In this document: positions 9,493 to 19,451 of the stretch, piece after piece
Layout of the letters: the number at the start of each line of letters is the position of its first letter
Position numbering within the stretch: the stretch's first letter is position 1
Source: Kiritimatiellia bacterium
GTDB taxonomy: Bacteria > Verrucomicrobiota > Kiritimatiellia > PWTM01
Assembly: GCA_026417735.1 (NCBI GenBank)
Contig: JAOACR010000009.1
Coordinates: 423,255 to 487,254, forward strand
Reading direction: 5' to 3'
DNA: 64,000 bases
The notes under the pieces: generated by a model
Database searches by the model: none
Told to the model about the DNA's origin: nothing
Seen by the model: only the letters and a program-made list of their open reading frames with translations
Position numbers and translations under genes: made by a program

Positions 9493-12400
9493 TCAGCTGA
9501 TCGAAGCGGAAGAATCCCGCGGCGGCGCGATCAGACGATACAACGCCGGGGTCGCGAAGAGCGACAGCAGCAGCGAAACCGTCAGCGCTCCGATCACGCC
9601 GATCGCCAGCGGCCGGAGCATGTCGGCCCCGTGGCCGATGCCCCAGGCCAATGGCAGCATCGCGAGCATCGTGGAGAGTGACGTCATCAGAATCGGGCGC
9701 AGTCGCCGGCGGCCGGCCAGTACCAGCGATTCATCCAGCGAATGACCGGCCGCCCGGAATTGACCGACACAATCCAGCATCAGAATTCCATTTTTGGCGA
9801 CGATGCCGACGCCGATGATGGCGCCGAGAAAGGAGACGATGTTCAACGAAGTACCGGTGATCCACACCCCCCCCACCGACCCTACCAGCGCCAAGACGGA
9901 GCCCGCGACAATCGCGGCCGGCTCCCGGAACGAGCGAAATTCGATCAACAACAACGTGAAGACCAGCACAATCGCCAGCGCGAGCACAATCGCGAGATTC
10001 CGAAAGGATTCGACCTGCTGCTCGTACAATCCGCCATACTCCACAACGCCCGGTGGAATATCGGGCTGGCGCGCGAGTCGCGCCCGAATGTCCGCGATGG
10101 CCGCGCCCAGGCCCCTTCCTTCAAGGGACGCGGTCACGGCGACCATCTGGCGCAAATTTTCCCTTCGCAGCTCCAGTTGGCCCGGCGTTTCCGCCACATC
10201 GGCGATCTGGCCGAGTGTGACAAGGCGGCCGGAGCGCGCACGTATCGGCAGATCGCGCAGCGACTCTGCTGTCGCCGAGCAGGCGGGGTCGCCGACCACG
10301 CGGATCGGGACCACGCGATCCGCCTCGCTGACCGTCGAAGCGACCTGTCCGAGCACTGCAATGTTCATTGCCTCGGCGACAGCTTCGACGGTCAGTCCGT
10401 GCCGCGCCACCTCGTCGTGACGGACTCGCAGGGCCAGCGTAGGCCCCGTCATCCTCAGCCCGTCACTGGTGTCGACGACTCCCGGCACCTCCTCGATGAG
10501 CCGGCGAACCTTCGGCGCGGTGCGCATCAACCAGGCGGTGTCGGTGGAAAACAGCTTCACCTCGATCGGGTCCGGCGCCCATGTGAGGTCACCGACAAGA
10601 TCAGCGAGGATGCCGGGGAACTCCCATTCGATGCCCGGAAGCGCCCGATTCAACTTTTGCCGGAGCTCCGATTTGATTTCCTCGGTGGTGCGGCGGCGGT
10701 CCGGCCGCAGCTTGACCAGGATATCGCCCTTGTTCGGCTCAGCGATCGCCAGCGCCAGACGGGCGCCGGTGCGGCGCGAGTACCCTTCCAGCTCCGGCGT
10801 TTCGCGCAGAATGGTTTCCGCTTGTTGCAGCATTCGATCAGTTTCTTCGAGGCTGGTCCCCCACGGCGTCAAGTAGTCAATGACAAAGCCGCCTTCGTCC
10901 ATCGCGGGCAAGAAGGCCGTCTCGAGCCGCCGGTACAGCGCCGCGCCCGCGGTCGCCACGGCGAGCACCACCAGCAGCAACGCCCACCGCCACCGCAGCG
11001 TGCCTCGCAGCGCGGCCCCGAAGCCCGCCAGCAGCAACTGCATCCACGGCCCCTCCTGTGCCGGGCCGGTTCGGCCGTGCTTGGCCGGTCGCAAACACCA
11101 GGACGCGAGCGCGGGAGTCAGCGTGACGGCCAGCACCAGTGACGCCAGCAGTGCGACCACCATCGTCACCGCCAGTGCCCGAAAAAACACGCCGGGCAAA
11201 CCGTCGAGAAACGCCAAGGGTGCAAACACCACCACGGGCATCAGCGTCGAACCGATGAGCGGACGCAGGATCGCACCCAGGGCCCGCCCGATCGCATCCT
11301 CGGGAGAACCACCGCCCGCCGTCTCCCGCACGATGCTCTCCACGACCACGATCGCGTCGTCGATGATCACGCCGATCGCGGCCGCGATACCGCCAAGCGT
11401 CATCAGATTGAACGTCATCCCCGCCGCGAGGATCGCAACCACGGTGGCGAACACCGAAACGGGAATCACCACGACTGCGGTCAGCACGCTCCCCCAGCTG
11501 TTCAAAAAACCATAGAGGATCAGAACCGCGAAGATCAGACCCACCCCGATGGATTCCCAGACGCTTCGGACGGACTCGCGCACGAAGAGCGACTGGTCGT
11601 AATAAAAGGACAGTTCGACGTCCGGCGGCAGCACGTGGCGCAGCTCCCGCAGCTCCCGCTGCAGATTGCGTGCGATCGCCAGGATGCTGCTGCCCCGAGG
11701 TTGCGCACGGATGTTCATCAGAACCGCGGGACGGCCCTGGGCATTGACGAAGTTGAACACCGGCTCCGGGCCCCGTTCCACGCGGGCGACGTCGCCGATG
11801 CGCACCGGCGACCCGTCGCGCACCGCCAGCGGGAGCGCCGCCAGCTCCTCCGCTGAGCGGGCCCGCCCCTCGGTCATCGCGAGGTAGATCGTGTAGTTCT
11901 CCGAGTGAAACCCGGCCGGCTCGATCCGATTGTTTGCACGAAGGCCCTCGACCACGTCATGCATGCCCAGTCCCAGTGCGGCGAGCCGCAGGGGATCCAC
12001 CACCACGTGGTACTCGGGCATTCGGCCGCCCACCAGATCCACCCGCGCAACACCCTCAAGGCGCATGAACCTCGGCTTCAGCTCGTACCTCGCCAGCTCC
12101 CACAGCTCCATGATGTCCCGGCCCGGGCTCGTCACGCTGATGCCGATGATCGGAAACGCATTGAAGGTCAGTCGCCAGACGGTCGCCTTTGCAGTGGCTG
12201 GCAGCTCGTTCTTCAGTTGCGCGACACGGTTGAGCACATAGAGCTCCGACCGCGGCATGTCCGCACGCCAGTTGAAAAACACGTTGACCTCCGCCGAGCC
12301 TCGCCCGGTGGCCGAGCGCACCTGCGTAACGCCCGGGATGTCTTTCATCGCCTCCTCGACCGGTCGCGTGATGGTGGCCATCATTTCGTCGGCCGGCATC

Positions 12401-12591
12401 GCGCCGTTGTCGATCAACACCACACAGCGGGGGAAATCCGTCTCGGGGAACACCGAGGAGGGCGTTCGCAAGGACCCATAGATCCCGCCGACGCACAGTG
12501 CGAGCGTCACAAAAATAATCGCCAGCCGGTGCCGGTTCGCAAACCGTCCGATCCGACTGCCATCCGGACTCAGCGTCGTGCCCGTACTCAT
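9493..12591 (-). CDS. RND efflux pump inner-membrane permease (CzcA/CusA-AcrB superfamily).
   Basis: 1032 aa with 12 TM helices and two large periplasmic loops; conserved RND segments are present (e.g. GVIIDDAIVVVE, ILMLDCV). The 194-codon upstream extension in the table ORF is low-complexity and was rejected. Confidence 0.85.
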   Translation of the reverse strand: MSTGTTLSPDGSRIGRFANRHRLAIIFVTLALCVGGIYGSLRTPSSVFPETDFPRCVVLIDNGAMPADEMMATITRPVEEAMKDIPGVTQVRSATGRGSAEVNVFFNWRADMPRSELYVLNRVAQLKNELPATAKATVWRLTFNAFPIIGISVTSPGRDIMELWELARYELKPRFMRLEGVARVDLVGGRMPEYHVVVDPLRLAALGLGMHDVVEGLRANNRIEPAGFHSENYTIYLAMTEGRARSAEELAALPLAVRDGSPVRIGDVARVERGPEPVFNFVNAQGRPAVLMNIRAQPRGSSILAIARNLQRELRELRHVLPPDVELSFYYDQSLFVRESVRSVWESIGVGLIFAVLILYGFLNSWGSVLTAVVVIPVSVFATVVAILAAGMTFNLMTLGGIAAAIGVIIDDAIVVVESIVRETAGGGSPEDAIGRALGAILRPLIGSTLMPVVVFAPLAFLDGLPGVFFRALAVTMVVALLASLVLAVTLTPALASWCLRPAKHGRTGPAQEGPWMQLLLAGFGAALRGTLRWRWALLLVVLAVATAGAALYRRLETAFLPAMDEGGFVIDYLTPWGTSLEETDRMLQQAETILRETPELEGYSRRTGARLALAIAEPNKGDILVKLRPDRRRTTEEIKSELRQKLNRALPGIEWEFPGILADLVGDLTWAPDPIEVKLFSTDTAWLMRTAPKVRRLIEEVPGVVDTSDGLRMTGPTLALRVRHDEVARHGLTVEAVAEAMNIAVLGQVASTVSEADRVVPIRVVGDPACSATAESLRDLPIRARSGRLVTLGQIADVAETPGQLELRRENLRQMVAVTASLEGRGLGAAIADIRARLARQPDIPPGVVEYGGLYEQQVESFRNLAIVLALAIVLVFTLLLIEFRSFREPAAIVAGSVLALVGSVGGVWITGTSLNIVSFLGAIIGVGIVAKNGILMLDCVGQFRAAGHSLDESLVLAGRRRLRPILMTSLSTMLAMLPLAWGIGHGADMLRPLAIGVIGALTVSLLLSLFATPALYRLIAPPRDSSASIS

Positions 12592-12608
12592 GGTCTCGAG
12601 GCCACGGC

Positions 12609-13661
12609 TCAGCGGGAAACGACGCGAACCCGGGCGCCGTCGGGCAACGCATACGCGCCCACAGTGACCACCGTCGCACCCGGCTTCAATCCCTCCGCGG
12701 CCACCTCGACCAGTCCGGTGTCTTGCAGACCCCGCCGGACCTGAATCCGACGCGCACGGTTGCCGTCCACCAGCCGAATCTCGCTGACGCCTCCATGATC
12801 GGTGTAGACGCTGGCGAGCGGAACCGCGAGGCATCCGACGTGTTCTTCGACCACCACGCGCGCCCGGGCAAACTGGCCGGCTCGCAGACTCGTCCCCCGA
12901 GGCAAACGAATCCGAACACCGACCATGTCCGTGCCCGGCGAGGCCTCGTGCGCGACAGACTGAACAACCCCGGTCACCGCGATGCCGCTCGCCTCCACAA
13001 GGGCGATCTGGCCCGCCCGCAGCCGGTTCGCGACCGCGGCGGGCGCGGCCGCCGCAAACACCAACCGCTCCGGGGAGAGAATCCGGACCAGCGGCTGGCC
13101 CGCGATCGCGAGTTCTCCCGCCCGCGCCCACACCCGTTCCGCAACGCCCGCAATCGGCGATACGAGATCGCACCGCGACCGGCTCGCCTCCGCTCCGGCG
13201 ACGGTCTGCACCGCAATCGCATGCCGTTCTTCCGCTTCAAGGAGATCTCGTTGTGACGTTGCATCGTGCTCCAGCAACCGTCGTTGCCGCTCCAGTGCGG
13301 CCGACGCCGCCGCCAGTTCCGCCCGCGCTCGAGCCACCGCCGCCTCCGCGACACGAGCGTCCAGCCGCACGAGACGGCGTCCACATCCGATCCACTCCCC
13401 CTCACAAACCTCTACCGACTCAATCCACGCGTTTTCGGCCGCCGCCAGCACCGCAATCGCGGCCGGCTCAGCATCCTCGGCAGGGGCCGGCTCGAGCGTT
13501 CCGTACACCGTCAACCGCGCGCACAGCGTGGTCGCAACGATGGACGCCGTCTGCACGGTGACCTCCGCCTCATCCGGCGACGCTGCAACGGCGCCAGTGG
13601 CCCAGCACAGCATCAGCGCGAGAACGCCCCGCGCAACCGGACGGTGAATCGCAGTCGTCAT
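12609..13661 (-). CDS. RND efflux membrane fusion protein (HlyD/CzcB family).
   Basis: Signal peptide (MTTAIHRPVARGVLALMLCWATGAVAAS), a coiled-coil hairpin, and beta-barrel/lipoyl-like segments. It lies 17 nt upstream of the RND permease, and its ATG overlaps the stop of the outer-membrane factor (TGATG). Confidence 0.75.
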   Translation of the reverse strand: MTTAIHRPVARGVLALMLCWATGAVAASPDEAEVTVQTASIVATTLCARLTVYGTLEPAPAEDAEPAAIAVLAAAENAWIESVEVCEGEWIGCGRRLVRLDARVAEAAVARARAELAAASAALERQRRLLEHDATSQRDLLEAEERHAIAVQTVAGAEASRSRCDLVSPIAGVAERVWARAGELAIAGQPLVRILSPERLVFAAAAPAAVANRLRAGQIALVEASGIAVTGVVQSVAHEASPGTDMVGVRIRLPRGTSLRAGQFARARVVVEEHVGCLAVPLASVYTDHGGVSEIRLVDGNRARRIQVRRGLQDTGLVEVAAEGLKPGATVVTVGAYALPDGARVRVVSR

Positions 13662-15010
13662 CAAGGGGAATCCTCCTGGTGGCGACCGTCCGACGTGCCC
13701 GGCACGCACGTGCCCGGCGCCTCGGAACGTTGGAGCAGATCGTCCAGTTCGCCGACCGCCGCCCGTCGCCGCCACCGGGCACGGGCCACCTCGAGTCGCG
13801 CGCGGAGCAGTTCGGACCGGGCCACGAGCACCTCGGCGAGCGGGAGTTCTCCGACCGATCGCCTCGCCTCAGCAACAGCCAGCTGACGGGCCGAACTCTG
13901 CTCCAATTCCAGCGCCGCCTTCCACTGCCGATCGGCGTCCTCACAGGCCACAAACGCCGCGTCCACCTCGGTGCGAATTCGAACTTGCATTTCGCGCACT
14001 CTGCTGGCGGCCTCTTCGCAGCGCGCCGCGGCCTCCGCGAGCGCGCCACGCCCCCGGCTCAGGAGGGGGAGATCGACGCTGGCGATCAGGGACCATTTGT
14101 TCTCCCGCTGGTCATACTCGTAGGCCGGACCGATCGTGATGCTTGGAAGTTGCGCGGCCGACGCCAGCAGCACGGCCGCCCGCGCCGCCGCGTACTCCTC
14201 CAGCGCCGCCAGCAGATCGCTTCGATGCGTCACCGCAGCGTGCTGAGCGTCCGCCACGCTTTCGGGAAACCGACGCACATCGAGAGCCTCCACCGCCAGC
14301 TCCGCGCCCGCAAACGTGGTCGCCGGCACACCCACAACCGCCGCCAACTGCTGGCCGGCCATCGACTCCGCACCCGCGGCCTTGACCGCCTCCAGATGAG
14401 ACTGCCGCGCCAGCGCGATGGCAGCGGCTGCGTCCGTCGCGGACATCTCCCCGAGCCGGTGCTGTTTCGCAACCAGCTCCGCGCGGCGCGCGAGCACCGC
14501 CGCCCATTCCTCGGTGAGCTGACGGATTTCCCGCGCTTCGCCGAGCAGGAGCACCGCTTCACGCACGGCCCGTCGGATTCGCCACGCTGATCCCTCGGCC
14601 CGCTTCGCCGCGGCGTCCGCCCGCCGGCGAGCCGCCTCAATCCGCGGCGACCTCCGGCCGACCGCTTCGATGGGCACGCTGAGCGCAACCGAGACGATCC
14701 AGGGACTCGGCTCGGTGACGGAGGCATTGTAGCCGGGCGACAGCGAAAGAGTCGGATTCGGTCGTTCCGCCGCCGCGAGGATCGCGGCGCGCGCCGTCTC
14801 CGCTTCGCGGCAGGCGAGCTCATGCTCCGGATTGCGGCGCAGCGCGAGCGCCGTCAGTTCTTCGAGAGTCCAGCGCCGCGGCACGCGTTCTACCTCGTTC
14901 ATCTCAGCCCGAGCGATCCGCGCGCGGACAGGTTGGGGCGGAGCCGGGGTGACATGCGCGCAGCCGAGCACCGCCACTGCCACAGGGATCGCCGAGGCCG
15001 ACGCCCGCAT
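13661..15010 (-). CDS. Outer-membrane efflux protein (TolC/NodT/CzcC-like OMF lipoprotein).
   Basis: A lipoprotein-type signal peptide (...AVAVLGC) and two tandem alpha-helical repeats typical of OMF proteins. It is the first gene of the czcCBA-like operon. Confidence 0.75.
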   Translation of the reverse strand: MRASASAIPVAVAVLGCAHVTPAPPQPVRARIARAEMNEVERVPRRWTLEELTALALRRNPEHELACREAETARAAILAAAERPNPTLSLSPGYNASVTEPSPWIVSVALSVPIEAVGRRSPRIEAARRRADAAAKRAEGSAWRIRRAVREAVLLLGEAREIRQLTEEWAAVLARRAELVAKQHRLGEMSATDAAAAIALARQSHLEAVKAAGAESMAGQQLAAVVGVPATTFAGAELAVEALDVRRFPESVADAQHAAVTHRSDLLAALEEYAAARAAVLLASAAQLPSITIGPAYEYDQRENKWSLIASVDLPLLSRGRGALAEAAARCEEAASRVREMQVRIRTEVDAAFVACEDADRQWKAALELEQSSARQLAVAEARRSVGELPLAEVLVARSELLRARLEVARARWRRRAAVGELDDLLQRSEAPGTCVPGTSDGRHQEDSP

Positions 15011-15213
15011 TCTCACGCCGATCTTTCCTTCCGTTGGGTGGTCGTCAGGAGTTATCAGCGCGAGAACATCGCGCGGTTGTCCCGCGAGGGGGCGGCAAAC
15101 CCCATTGCCGCGGTCCGCCACAAGGACGTACTGATCACATAACGAGCGGAGCGCTCAAATATGATGCGCCCGCGAAAGGGCAAGCCCGGCTGCGGGCGGC
15201 ATGCAGCGACGTG

Positions 15214-16014
15214 TCAGTGCAGCCGGCGGGCGAGGAGCCACGCCACGGCGTAGGTGGCAATCACGCCGCCCTCCGGCACCGCGTGCGCGCGGTCGTAGTC
15301 GGTCACCAATGCGGCCAGTTCGCCACGCACCAGCGGCGCAACCGGCCGATAGCGGACACCGCCGGTGAGACCCTGATCGTGCAGCCCGCGCAGCAGCTCG
15401 CTTGCGGAGGGATAGACCCGACGGATCGCGTACTCGCCCTCCCCCACCCGCCGCAGCCCCAGCTGGTCCGCAATCAGGCGCAGCTCCGCCAGCGTCGGCA
15501 TCGGACCCACCTCGCTTTTCGCCGGCACGACCCGCGCGAGCGACTCCCTCAGCTCCCGCAGCGTTCCTTCGACCATCAGCGACACGGCCAGCAGACCGCC
15601 TGGCGCCAGGCAGTTCGCCAGATTCTCCATCGCATCGCAGAGCGACGGCGCCCAGTGGAGCGAGGCGTTGCTCACCACCAGCGGATACGGTAGCGCGGGC
15701 CGAAACAGCGCAAACTCGCTCTGCAACCAGCGCACGCAGGGAGCGGAAATGTGCGCGCGGGCGGTATCGAGCATCGCCTCCGAGATGTCGAACGCGTCCA
15801 CGCGGGACCGCGGGAACCGCTCCAGCAACAGGCGGGTGAGGATGCCGCTCCCGCAGCCCGCATCGAGGATCCGCAACGGCTCCTCGATGTCCGCGAGGTG
15901 TTCCACCAGCCGTGCGGCGGTTTCCCGCTGCACATCGGCCTGCAAATCGTAGCGCGCGGCGCCACGGTTGAACCGCGCATGGGTGCTACGAAGGTGTCGA
16001 AGCGCGTCGCTCAC
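15214..16014 (-). CDS. bioC: Malonyl-ACP O-methyltransferase BioC.
   Basis: A SAM-dependent methyltransferase motif (ILDAGCGSG) and BioC-like length. It is the last gene of the bioF-bioH-bioC operon; its ATG overlaps the bioH stop (ATGA). Confidence 0.75.
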   Translation of the reverse strand: MSDALRHLRSTHARFNRGAARYDLQADVQRETAARLVEHLADIEEPLRILDAGCGSGILTRLLLERFPRSRVDAFDISEAMLDTARAHISAPCVRWLQSEFALFRPALPYPLVVSNASLHWAPSLCDAMENLANCLAPGGLLAVSLMVEGTLRELRESLARVVPAKSEVGPMPTLAELRLIADQLGLRRVGEGEYAIRRVYPSASELLRGLHDQGLTGGVRYRPVAPLVRGELAALVTDYDRAHAVPEGGVIATYAVAWLLARRLH

Positions 16015-16718
16015 ATTTGCGAATCGCTAAGTTTACACACTAACACATCCCGAACATTCTCGCCACATGTCCAGGGCAGAGCATGGCCCGCGCCCGCAAT
16101 CACGCGGGCGACAGCGCCCAGCCGGCGCGCGCTTTCGATGCCGGCCGAGGCGGGGATCACCGCATCGAGCTCGCCATGCAACCAGCCCAGCGGGCAGCTC
16201 GGTGCCTCACGGTCGCGCAGGTCCAGCGTCGCCAGCACGTCGAGCGCCGCAGCGAGCCGGTCGGCAGTGGAGCCGGCGGGCGGGGGAGGCGGCTGCGGCG
16301 GACCGCCACCGGCAGCAACGTCACGGTAGAACGCCGCGAGTGCGCGCGTGGCGTCGCGCAGCACCGCGCGCCGCAGCGCGCGCACCGCCGAGATCGGCCG
16401 GCCGAGGGGCCAGTCCGGTGCCGCGCAAAAGCGGAGCGTGCCGGCCAAAACCAGCAGCGCGGCCACCGCCGGAGCGCCGGGCCGCGTGAGCGCATCGAGC
16501 GCAACCATCGCGCCCATGGACCAGCCCACCACCGCTGGCGGCGCAGGGCACTGCCGAAGACGAGCGGCCAGCTCAGACGACCAGGCGGCGGGATCCACGC
16601 CCAGATCGTTCAGTTCGATGGTGACGGACGCGATGCCGGCGGCCTCCAGCACCGCGACGGTCGGTCGCCACCAGCCACGGCCGATCGCCCAGCCGCCGAC
16701 CAGCCACACTTCGCTCAC
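16011..16718 (-). CDS. bioH: Pimeloyl-ACP methyl ester esterase BioH-like alpha/beta hydrolase.
   Basis: VSEVWLVGGWAIGRGWW is equivalent to the BioH N-terminus (LLHGWGLNAEVW). It carries the nucleophile motif GWSMGA and a C-terminal GAGHALP (His). Its GTG start overlaps the bioF stop as GTGA. The remaining 428 N-terminal codons of the table ORF are antisense to bioF and were rejected. Confidence 0.6.
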   Translation of the reverse strand: MSEVWLVGGWAIGRGWWRPTVAVLEAAGIASVTIELNDLGVDPAAWSSELAARLRQCPAPPAVVGWSMGAMVALDALTRPGAPAVAALLVLAGTLRFCAAPDWPLGRPISAVRALRRAVLRDATRALAAFYRDVAAGGGPPQPPPPPAGSTADRLAAALDVLATLDLRDREAPSCPLGWLHGELDAVIPASAGIESARRLGAVARVIAGAGHALPWTCGENVRDVLVCKLSDSQM

Positions 16719-17860
16719 GAGGGCGGTACCCCCAGCACCCGGCCGATAATCTCGGCGGCGGCGTCCGTTTCCGCCGGCGTGAGATTCAATGTGACAGAGA
16801 ACCGGATCCGTGCCGCACCCTCCGGGACAGTGGGCGGGCGGATCGCCACCGCGTGCACGCCGCTCGCGCGCAAACGCCCGGCCGCCTCCATCGCCCACCG
16901 GTCCTCGCCCAGAATCACCGGCACGATCGGGCAATCGCCTGCGGCCACCGGCAGACCGGCCCCGTGCAGCCGCTCGCGGAACCGGGCGGCGCGCCGGCGC
17001 AGCTCCGCGGGCCGCTCCGGCTCGCGCTCGAGCACCTCGACTGCCGCCAGAGCCGCCGCGGCCGCCACCGGCGAGAGGCCGGTCGAGTACATCAGCGAGC
17101 GGGCCGCCTGCACGAGCCACTCGCGCAGCTGCGCGCTGCCGGCGACAAATCCCCCCTGGGAACCGAGCGCCTTGCTCAGCGTGCCCATCGCCACCACTCC
17201 CGGTCCCGAAAGCCCGCACTCCACTAGTGCGCCGGCGCCGCCGGGGCCATACACGCCCAGCGCGTGCGCCTCGTCCACATACAGCAGCGCGCCATGCTCC
17301 TCTGCCAGACGCGCCAGTTCGGGGAGCGGCGCGCGATCCCCGTCCATCGAGAACACCGACTCGGTGACGATCATCCGCCGACCGCTCGGGGGGGCCGCCC
17401 GCAGCAGCTGCTCGAGATGGGCGGGGTCGTTGTGCTGGAACCGTCGCAGCACCGCGCCGGAGAGCCGCGCGCCGTCGAGCAGGCTCGCGTGCACCAGCCG
17501 GTCCGCGAACACGACGTCGCCACGGCCCACCAGCGCCGAAATCACCCCGACATTGGCCGCGTAGCCGGAGGAAAAGACGAGCGCGGCCTCCGTGCGCTTC
17601 AGCCTCGCCAGCCGCTGCTCCAGCTCCACGTGCACCGGGCGGCGGCCACACAGGTGCGGCGAGGCGGTGGCGCCCACCCCCCATGTGCGCGCCGCCGCCA
17701 CCGCCGCCTCGATCACCGCCGGATGACGTGCAAGCCCGAGGTAGTCGTTCGACGAGAGGTTCAACCCTTCCACCTCGGTCCCGTCCGGAAGCCGCCGCCG
17801 CCGACCACGCTCGGTCAGCCGGCCGAGCTCCGCGCCGATCCAGTCGAGCGGGCCGCTCAT
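16715..17860 (-). CDS. bioF: 8-amino-7-oxononanoate synthase BioF.
   Basis: A class-II aminotransferase with a PLP-lysine region (GTLSKALGSQGGFVAG) and BioF-like length (381 aa). Confidence 0.85.
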   Translation of the reverse strand: MSGPLDWIGAELGRLTERGRRRRLPDGTEVEGLNLSSNDYLGLARHPAVIEAAVAAARTWGVGATASPHLCGRRPVHVELEQRLARLKRTEAALVFSSGYAANVGVISALVGRGDVVFADRLVHASLLDGARLSGAVLRRFQHNDPAHLEQLLRAAPPSGRRMIVTESVFSMDGDRAPLPELARLAEEHGALLYVDEAHALGVYGPGGAGALVECGLSGPGVVAMGTLSKALGSQGGFVAGSAQLREWLVQAARSLMYSTGLSPVAAAAALAAVEVLEREPERPAELRRRAARFRERLHGAGLPVAAGDCPIVPVILGEDRWAMEAAGRLRASGVHAVAIRPPTVPEGAARIRFSVTLNLTPAETDAAAEIIGRVLGVPPS

Positions 17861-18606
17861 CGGGCGGGCGCGGCCGCCGGCCGCAGATCCAGCCGCCGCT
17901 CGCCGGCAAGGATCGCCTCAATATCCCAGGGGCCGGGCGAGGCAGCGCCGGCGCCGTGCAGCATCCGGGCGGACGCGCGCAGATGGACAATGCGGCGGCC
18001 ATTCACCTCGAGCGGAGTCCAGCGAACTTCCGCGGTGTCGGCGGTGAACGCGCTGCCCGGCTCCGTACCGACCGCTTCGAACCGTTTCGCCTGCCAGTGC
18101 AGCACCACCGGCAGCAGCGCATCCGGCGCCGGCGGACGGGCGCCGAAGGCCAGCGCAAGTGTCTGTTCCAGCCGTGCCCAGTCGCCGGTCGCGACCGCAC
18201 CGGTCACGTCCGCGCGCCACAGGACCGATCCGCCCGCGATGTCGATCCGTCGCACCGCAGGTTCACCGCGCCGCGGCCATCCCCATCGGATCGCGACACG
18301 GTCCGCGTGTACCTGGACGCCGGCACGGCTCGTGTCGCCAGTCGTTGCGACATTCCGCAGCACGAGCGTCGCCGGCGGCCACAGCGCGGCCGCGCCCACC
18401 GCCACCCTCGCACCCAGCCGCGCGGACAGCGCATCCGCGACATGCGCGCGAATGCCCTCTGTCCGCGCGAGGATCAGCAAGCTGAGATACAAAATCCCGA
18501 AGACAATCGATCCGAAGAACAGAAAACTGCGGACACCCGCCAGCGCATGCCGAAGGCTCCGCGCACTCGACGGCAGATCGTCCTCGTAGCGGATCTGTCT
18601 GGGCAC
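17857..18606 (-). CDS. Hypothetical single-pass membrane protein (start uncertain; GTG at 18606 preferred).
   Basis: A TM helix (FLFFGSIVFGILYLSLLILA) followed by a soluble domain. Its stop overlaps the bioF start (ATGA). A GTG with an upstream GGCGGAGG sits 5 nt after the proC stop. Confidence 0.4.
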   Translation of the reverse strand: MPRQIRYEDDLPSSARSLRHALAGVRSFLFFGSIVFGILYLSLLILARTEGIRAHVADALSARLGARVAVGAAALWPPATLVLRNVATTGDTSRAGVQVHADRVAIRWGWPRRGEPAVRRIDIAGGSVLWRADVTGAVATGDWARLEQTLALAFGARPPAPDALLPVVLHWQAKRFEAVGTEPGSAFTADTAEVRWTPLEVNGRRIVHLRASARMLHGAGAASPGPWDIEAILAGERRLDLRPAAAPAR

Positions 18607-18610
18607 CGCC

Positions 18611-19426
18611 TCAGGCCTCCGCCGCCAGCTCCGCGGCCCGCCGACGGGCCGCGTCCAACGCGGCGGCCCACGCCGCCGGCACGTCACGGCGCTCAAGCTC
18701 CCGAATCGCGGCGTCGGTGGTGCCTTTCTCCGACGTCACCCTCCGCCGGGCCTCTCGCGCGTCCAGACCGGTTGACTCCAGCAGTCGCGCCGCGCCCGCG
18801 ACGGTCGCCAGGACCAACCGCCGCGCCACCTCGGTCGGCAGCCCGAAACGCACCCCAGCGTTCAGCATCAGTTCGATCAACAGAAACACGTAGGCGGGGC
18901 CGCTGCCGCTGATCGCGGTGACGGCATCCATCAGCTCCTCGGGCACCCGCTCGACGATCCCGGCCGGGCGAAGTGCCGACTCCGCGCGGGCGAGGTCCAG
19001 CTCGTCCGCATAGCGGCCCGCGCACACCGCCGCGGCGCCGGCACCGACCAGCGCGGGTGTGTTCGGCATCGCCCGCACCACGCGCGGCCGCCCGCCCAGC
19101 AACGTCTCGATGCGCGCGGTCGGCACGCCGGCCGCGATGCTGAGCACCGTCGCCGCCGTGTCGATCGCGCCGCGCAACGAGTCGAGCGCAGCGCGCAGCT
19201 GCTGTGGTTTCACCGCCAGCACCACCAGTTCCGCGCCGCGCGCGGCGGCGGCGTTGTCGGGCGCGGTGGCCACGCCGAGATGGCGCCGGCACCACTCCAG
19301 TCGTTCCGGCCGAACGTCGCTAACGCGCATCGAGTCCGGCGCCCGCCCCGCGCGGAGCGCCGCGCGGATCAGCGCCTCGGCCATGTTGCCGGCGCCGATC
19401 CAGGCGATGGTGGTCGGTTCGTGCAT
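18611..19426 (-). CDS. proC: Pyrroline-5-carboxylate reductase.
   Basis: An N-terminal NADP-binding motif (IAWIGAGNMAEAL) and a ProC dimerisation domain. Confidence 0.85.
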   Translation of the reverse strand: MHEPTTIAWIGAGNMAEALIRAALRAGRAPDSMRVSDVRPERLEWCRRHLGVATAPDNAAAARGAELVVLAVKPQQLRAALDSLRGAIDTAATVLSIAAGVPTARIETLLGGRPRVVRAMPNTPALVGAGAAAVCAGRYADELDLARAESALRPAGIVERVPEELMDAVTAISGSGPAYVFLLIELMLNAGVRFGLPTEVARRLVLATVAGAARLLESTGLDAREARRRVTSEKGTTDAAIRELERRDVPAAWAAALDAARRRAAELAAEA

Positions 19427-19451
19427 CGTGGTGGTCCTGTTGGCGAAAGGA

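Noticed and set aside
16011-18002. A 663-aa ORF on the minus strand spanning all of bioF.
   Set aside because: Only its last 235 codons encode BioH. The upstream 428 codons are Gly/Arg/Ala-rich low-complexity translation of the antisense/offset frame of bioF. This is a typical high-GC artifact.

BioF is clearly recognisable in its own frame.
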